Assembly (NCBI GenBank): GCA_017484225.1
Contig: JAFUTN010000022.1
Span: 2,168-66,167, forward strand
Direction: 5' to 3'
DNA from: Alphaproteobacteria bacterium
GTDB lineage: Bacteria; Pseudomonadota; Alphaproteobacteria; RF32; CAG-239
DNA length: 64,000 bases
The notes beneath the pieces are model-generated. The model searched no databases. It was not told where the DNA came from and saw nothing but the letters and a program-made list of their open reading frames with translations. The position numbers and the translations under genes are program-made. Each line of letters opens with the position of its first letter. The first letter of the stretch is position 1. Of the stretch, positions 60,929 through 64,000 are shown in pieces.

Positions 60929-61121
60929 TGGCGGTGAGATTGAGATAGGGATTGGCTACGCCGCCACTGCGCTCATCGCCTAAAGGCGACCGCGATACTC
61001 TCGTCTCGCTTTCGCTTGTGGTCAAACCCTATTTTCTAGGGTTCAAATTCCAACTCTCCACATCATCAACAAAAAAAACACCCTAACGGGCGTTTTTTTG
61101 TTGTTGGCGGTGAGATAGGGA
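60929..61121 (-). repeat. two orphan tRNA 3'-end copies (probably Ser type; att-like) flanking a palindromic spacer
   Basis: Minus strand TCCCTATCTCACCGCCA (61121-61105) and CCCTATCTCAATCTCACCGCCA (60950-60929), each followed by a terminator; no tRNA 5' half nearby. Confidence 0.7.
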
Positions 61122-61566
61122 AACACACCCAACAATATTTAGAATATATTGTTTTTACACAATAAAAATTTTAGTATTTTTAAACCATATTTTTCTTAAA
61201 ATTACAATATTTTGCTACAAGCGGCAAGAATATTTTTTGAGTTTACCCGAAGATTTTTAAAATGATTTTTTTTTGAATCTTTTTGAATAAATATTTTTGT
61301 AATGAAAAAAAACTCTATGTGAAAAACTTTATGATTAAAAACTCTATTATCAAAAATTTTTAACTTAAAACCCTTGATATTATTATGTTGAAGTAGTTGA
61401 TGATGACTGGGATTAACCATCATCAACTGTTAATCCCAAACAGTACTGTTATGTTTATGAGGCAGTTGAGGTGATTCCCCTGCTGATTAAACATTGAGAT
61501 TAAATACTTAAAAAATACAAGCAGAATAGTTCTGCTATTCTTAATTATTACCAAAAGGATTTAGAA

Positions 61567-62061
61567 ATGAAACTATTTATGACATTTAACCCACATATTG
61601 AAAATTACTCTATGAAGAAGTTATTGAATGATTTTAGATATGCTTTACAAAAGTATTACAGAAAAGAATTGGGAAGAAGATATTACAAGCATATCAATAA
61701 TCAATATACGATAGCAATTTTTGAAGAAAATGGAAAGAAGTTCTTTGAAAAAATGGATGAAGCAACACATCTGATTAAGTACATTGAGAAAGATATTGAG
61801 TACAAGAGAGAACCACACCTCCACATTATTGCTGATATTCCCACACATACAGAAAAAGATTTTTTTAATTCTTTAAAAGATACTTTGAAAATCATTTATC
61901 CGTCATTAACTACCGATTACCAGTTGATTGGTAATGATGTAGATGAAAAAAATGTTTGGAACTACTGCTCAAAAGAAGATGGAAAAATTTTAAGCAAAAA
62001 TGATTTATGCGAAAAAAGTGCTATCAACATTCCTGCTGATAGCACTTTTTCACCCAAATAA
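61567..62061 (+). CDS. small HUH endonuclease (rolling-circle Rep-like)
   Basis: Motif I-like FMTFN, motif II PHLHII, motif III NYCSKE. Confidence 0.7.
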   Translation: MKLFMTFNPHIENYSMKKLLNDFRYALQKYYRKELGRRYYKHINNQYTIAIFEENGKKFFEKMDEATHLIKYIEKDIEYKREPHLHIIADIPTHTEKDFFNSLKDTLKIIYPSLTTDYQLIGNDVDEKNVWNYCSKEDGKILSKNDLCEKSAINIPADSTFSPK

Positions 62062-62303
62062 GTTGGACTACTTCTCATACTGATTGTAGTTGTAGTAACA
62101 CAGCAACGGGAGCAGCATTATCAGCAATTGTCAATTTATTTTATTACAGCATCAGGATAACTAAAATGCTACCGATATTTTTTGTCGGTAGCGTGAGTAT
62201 AAAATCAACATCACCAATAATTACTGGCATTATTATTTATCATAATTTCCAATCCATTATTAGATAAATACTTATAGAAACAAACTATAAGGAGTATGAA
62301 ATT

Positions 62304-62732
62304 ATGCTTAAAAAAAGAAAAATACCTCAAAACACCCGAAGAATAGATGAGTTAAATACAGCCATTGTATTAAGCGATATCAACACTATCAGAGAACTAT
62401 TGATTAACAATATTGATGTGAATATGCCTGACCGTAATGGGGTTTATCCGATTATGTTTGCTGTTGAATATGGCAACGCCAATGCTTTGATATCACTTTT
62501 AAGGCATGGTGCTAATCCTAATGTTATTGATAAACGCAACGGATACACACCTTTGATGAAAGCATTATCAGGCAAATACATTCCGAATAGATATTTGATA
62601 GTTATGTTGTTGTTAAAAAACGGAGCTGATGTAAATATCATTTCCAACCATAACAAAACGGCTTTATATCTGGCGAAAACCAACCAACCTCGCTATGTCC
62701 GCTTGTTAAAAAGATTTGGAGCAGAGTTTTGA
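62304..62732 (+). CDS. ankyrin repeat protein
   Basis: NGVYPIMFAVEYGN, HGANPN, GYTPLMKA and NGADVN repeats. Confidence 0.92.
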   Translation: MLKKRKIPQNTRRIDELNTAIVLSDINTIRELLINNIDVNMPDRNGVYPIMFAVEYGNANALISLLRHGANPNVIDKRNGYTPLMKALSGKYIPNRYLIVMLLLKNGADVNIISNHNKTALYLAKTNQPRYVRLLKRFGAEF

Positions 62733-62740
62733 GAGTGATT

Positions 62741-62920
62741 TTAATCTTTCTTTTTTAATGCCACATATGCCTCGTATAAACGCCCTGCGGCATTTAGGAT
62801 TCTTCGTCCTTGTTCCTTGTTTTCCTCAAATGAATACAGCATGTTCATTAATTTATCGTGTATTCTCTTAATAGAATCGGCATACTTCTGTAATTCTTCT
62901 TCAATAGTATTTTTATTCAT
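62741..62920 (-). CDS. small hypothetical protein (59 aa)
   Basis: My translation MNKNTIEEELQKYADSIKRIHDKL...ALKKKD*; the ATG overlaps the end of the HAD gene. Confidence 0.55.
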   Translation of the reverse strand: MNKNTIEEELQKYADSIKRIHDKLMNMLYSFEENKEQGRRILNAAGRLYEAYVALKKKD

Positions 62921-63422
62921 TGTTAAATCCTTTAATATTGATATTTATCAGTTTTTTCACATCTTTCAGGTTATAAAAAATGTATTTTACTCCGATATTT
63001 TTCAGGCGTTTTATCCAATCTGAATTTTCATAACGCTCACGGCTTAAAAATGAAATCGGCAGACATCCGGCCTTAATTGCTCCTTTCATAGCCGTATAAG
63101 AATTATCTATAACAATCGCATTTTTCGGTAGTTCATTCATTTTTTGTAAGGCAAGCAAAAATATATCCGGAGAACCTTTACCCGAACCGGCCATATCAAT
63201 GGTAAAGATATTTTGCTCGTTAAAAATATCGGTTAACCCGCATAATTTGATTTTCTCAAGAGTTTGTGCCAATGTGCCGTTGGTGGTTATACAGTGTTTC
63301 AAATCAGGCAGAGTTAAAATTTCACGCACACCATCGGTAAGTGGATAACCTTTTTCTGCCCAATCATCGGAAGTTTGTGCCAATACTCCGTCAAAATCCC
63401 ATATTATAAAATTCAAAAACAT
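62913..63422 (-). CDS. HAD-family phosphatase-like protein with little or no cap domain
   Basis: WDFDGVLA motif I, ITTNG, GKGSPDIF, VIDNS. Confidence 0.8.
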   Translation of the reverse strand: MFLNFIIWDFDGVLAQTSDDWAEKGYPLTDGVREILTLPDLKHCITTNGTLAQTLEKIKLCGLTDIFNEQNIFTIDMAGSGKGSPDIFLLALQKMNELPKNAIVIDNSYTAMKGAIKAGCLPISFLSRERYENSDWIKRLKNIGVKYIFYNLKDVKKLININIKGFNNE

Positions 63423-63425
63423 ATT

Positions 63426-64000
63426 TTATTTTACGATATTTTTAATGATATCTCCTGCTGTCGGAACAATATTCCAGCCTGCCGAATTCCATAAATATGT
63501 CGGTGTAATTCCTTTTGGTTCATCCATTACAAAGATGAAAGCATAATTCTTGTCCGCATATTTGAAATGACCTAAAAAAGTGGTAATAACAATCTTTTCA
63601 TTATCTTTCGGAGTGGTCGCCGTGATGCCGTAAACTTCGGCATTTTCAACATTGGCTTTTCTTCCGGTGCTACCGGTTCCTCCGATAACATTTTCTCTCA
63701 ACTTCTGATGTAATCCTTTGCCAGAAGTTTGAACAAGGTTAATATATTTATTCAGCAATTTTTCCGGTGAAGTTTTGTTTTCAAAGTTTATTTTGGGAAA
63801 ATAGGTTTCATAAATAGTATTTTCATCAAATCCAACAGAGGTATTTTCAAGTGTTTCGCCTGTATTTATATCTTTAATGATATACATACCGCCATCGGCA
63901 TAAAATTTTGTTATTCCTTTTTTAAATGACCGAATATTATTTTCACACACAGATTTTGCAAAATTACATTGTTGATTTGTTGTTTTATTCTCTCCGAACA
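63426..64000 (-). CDS. C-terminal part of an FtsI-like transpeptidase-fold protein with a degenerate KTG motif; 5'-truncated by window edge
   Basis: GSTGRKANVENAEVYGITAT, FVMDEPKG and SAGWNIVPTAGDII; frame open to base 64000. Confidence 0.6.
   Translation of the reverse strand, partial: FGENKTTNQQCNFAKSVCENNIRSFKKGITKFYADGGMYIIKDINTGETLENTSVGFDENTIYETYFPKINFENKTSPEKLLNKYINLVQTSGKGLHQKLRENVIGGTGSTGRKANVENAEVYGITATTPKDNEKIVITTFLGHFKYADKNYAFIFVMDEPKGITPTYLWNSAGWNIVPTAGDIIKNIVK

Larger units (their letters stand above)
51570..61121. mobile_element. composite, decayed integrative/prophage-derived island carrying putative defence cargo; left boundary approximate
   Basis: Duplicated recombinase tails, duplicated 144-bp cassette, terminase and ParB fragments, BRO gene, orphan tRNA 3'-end att-like sites. 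Confidence 0.75.

Noticed and set aside
61039-61121. A complete tRNA gene near 61.1 kb
   Set aside because: Only 3'-end and T-arm-like fragments are present; no D-arm or anticodon arm can be folded.

Overview
AT-rich chromosomal window from an alphaproteobacterium. The assignment is inferred from the rne-amiC-mrcA-prfB and lepB-rnc-era synteny and the S9 N-terminal extension. NagAB, an RquA-like protein and a flavodiiron protein suggest a host-associated anaerobe. Most of 11.8-49.9 kb is housekeeping, and there are two accessory regions. (1) A 5.6-kb decayed island at tRNA-Asp (5124-10790), bounded by a 30-bp direct repeat. It holds an integrase remnant, a stand-alone CCA-type HD domain, a protein with five copies of an unfamiliar ~120-aa repeat, and an AAA_14/DUF4143 ATPase. 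(2) A defence-like island (~51.5-61.1 kb) built from two related collapsed integrative modules, each with the same 144-bp promoter cassette driving a different putative toxin/defence gene. Between them lies the best candidate for an undescribed system: a PD-(D/E)XK nuclease - beta-CASP RNase - WYL regulator operon flanked by three DnaQ-like exonucleases (one intact, two catalytically eroded). A 19-bp box sits 40-46 nt upstream of the start codon of all three transcription units. The WYL gene carries one in-frame TGA. Also notable: an NTase-restriction nuclease fusion, a minimal HUH Rep-like gene flanked by hairpins, and two BspA-type LRR paralogues sharing an identical 41-bp 3' end, each behind an attenuator-like leader. 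All family assignments come from motif recognition, not database searches.
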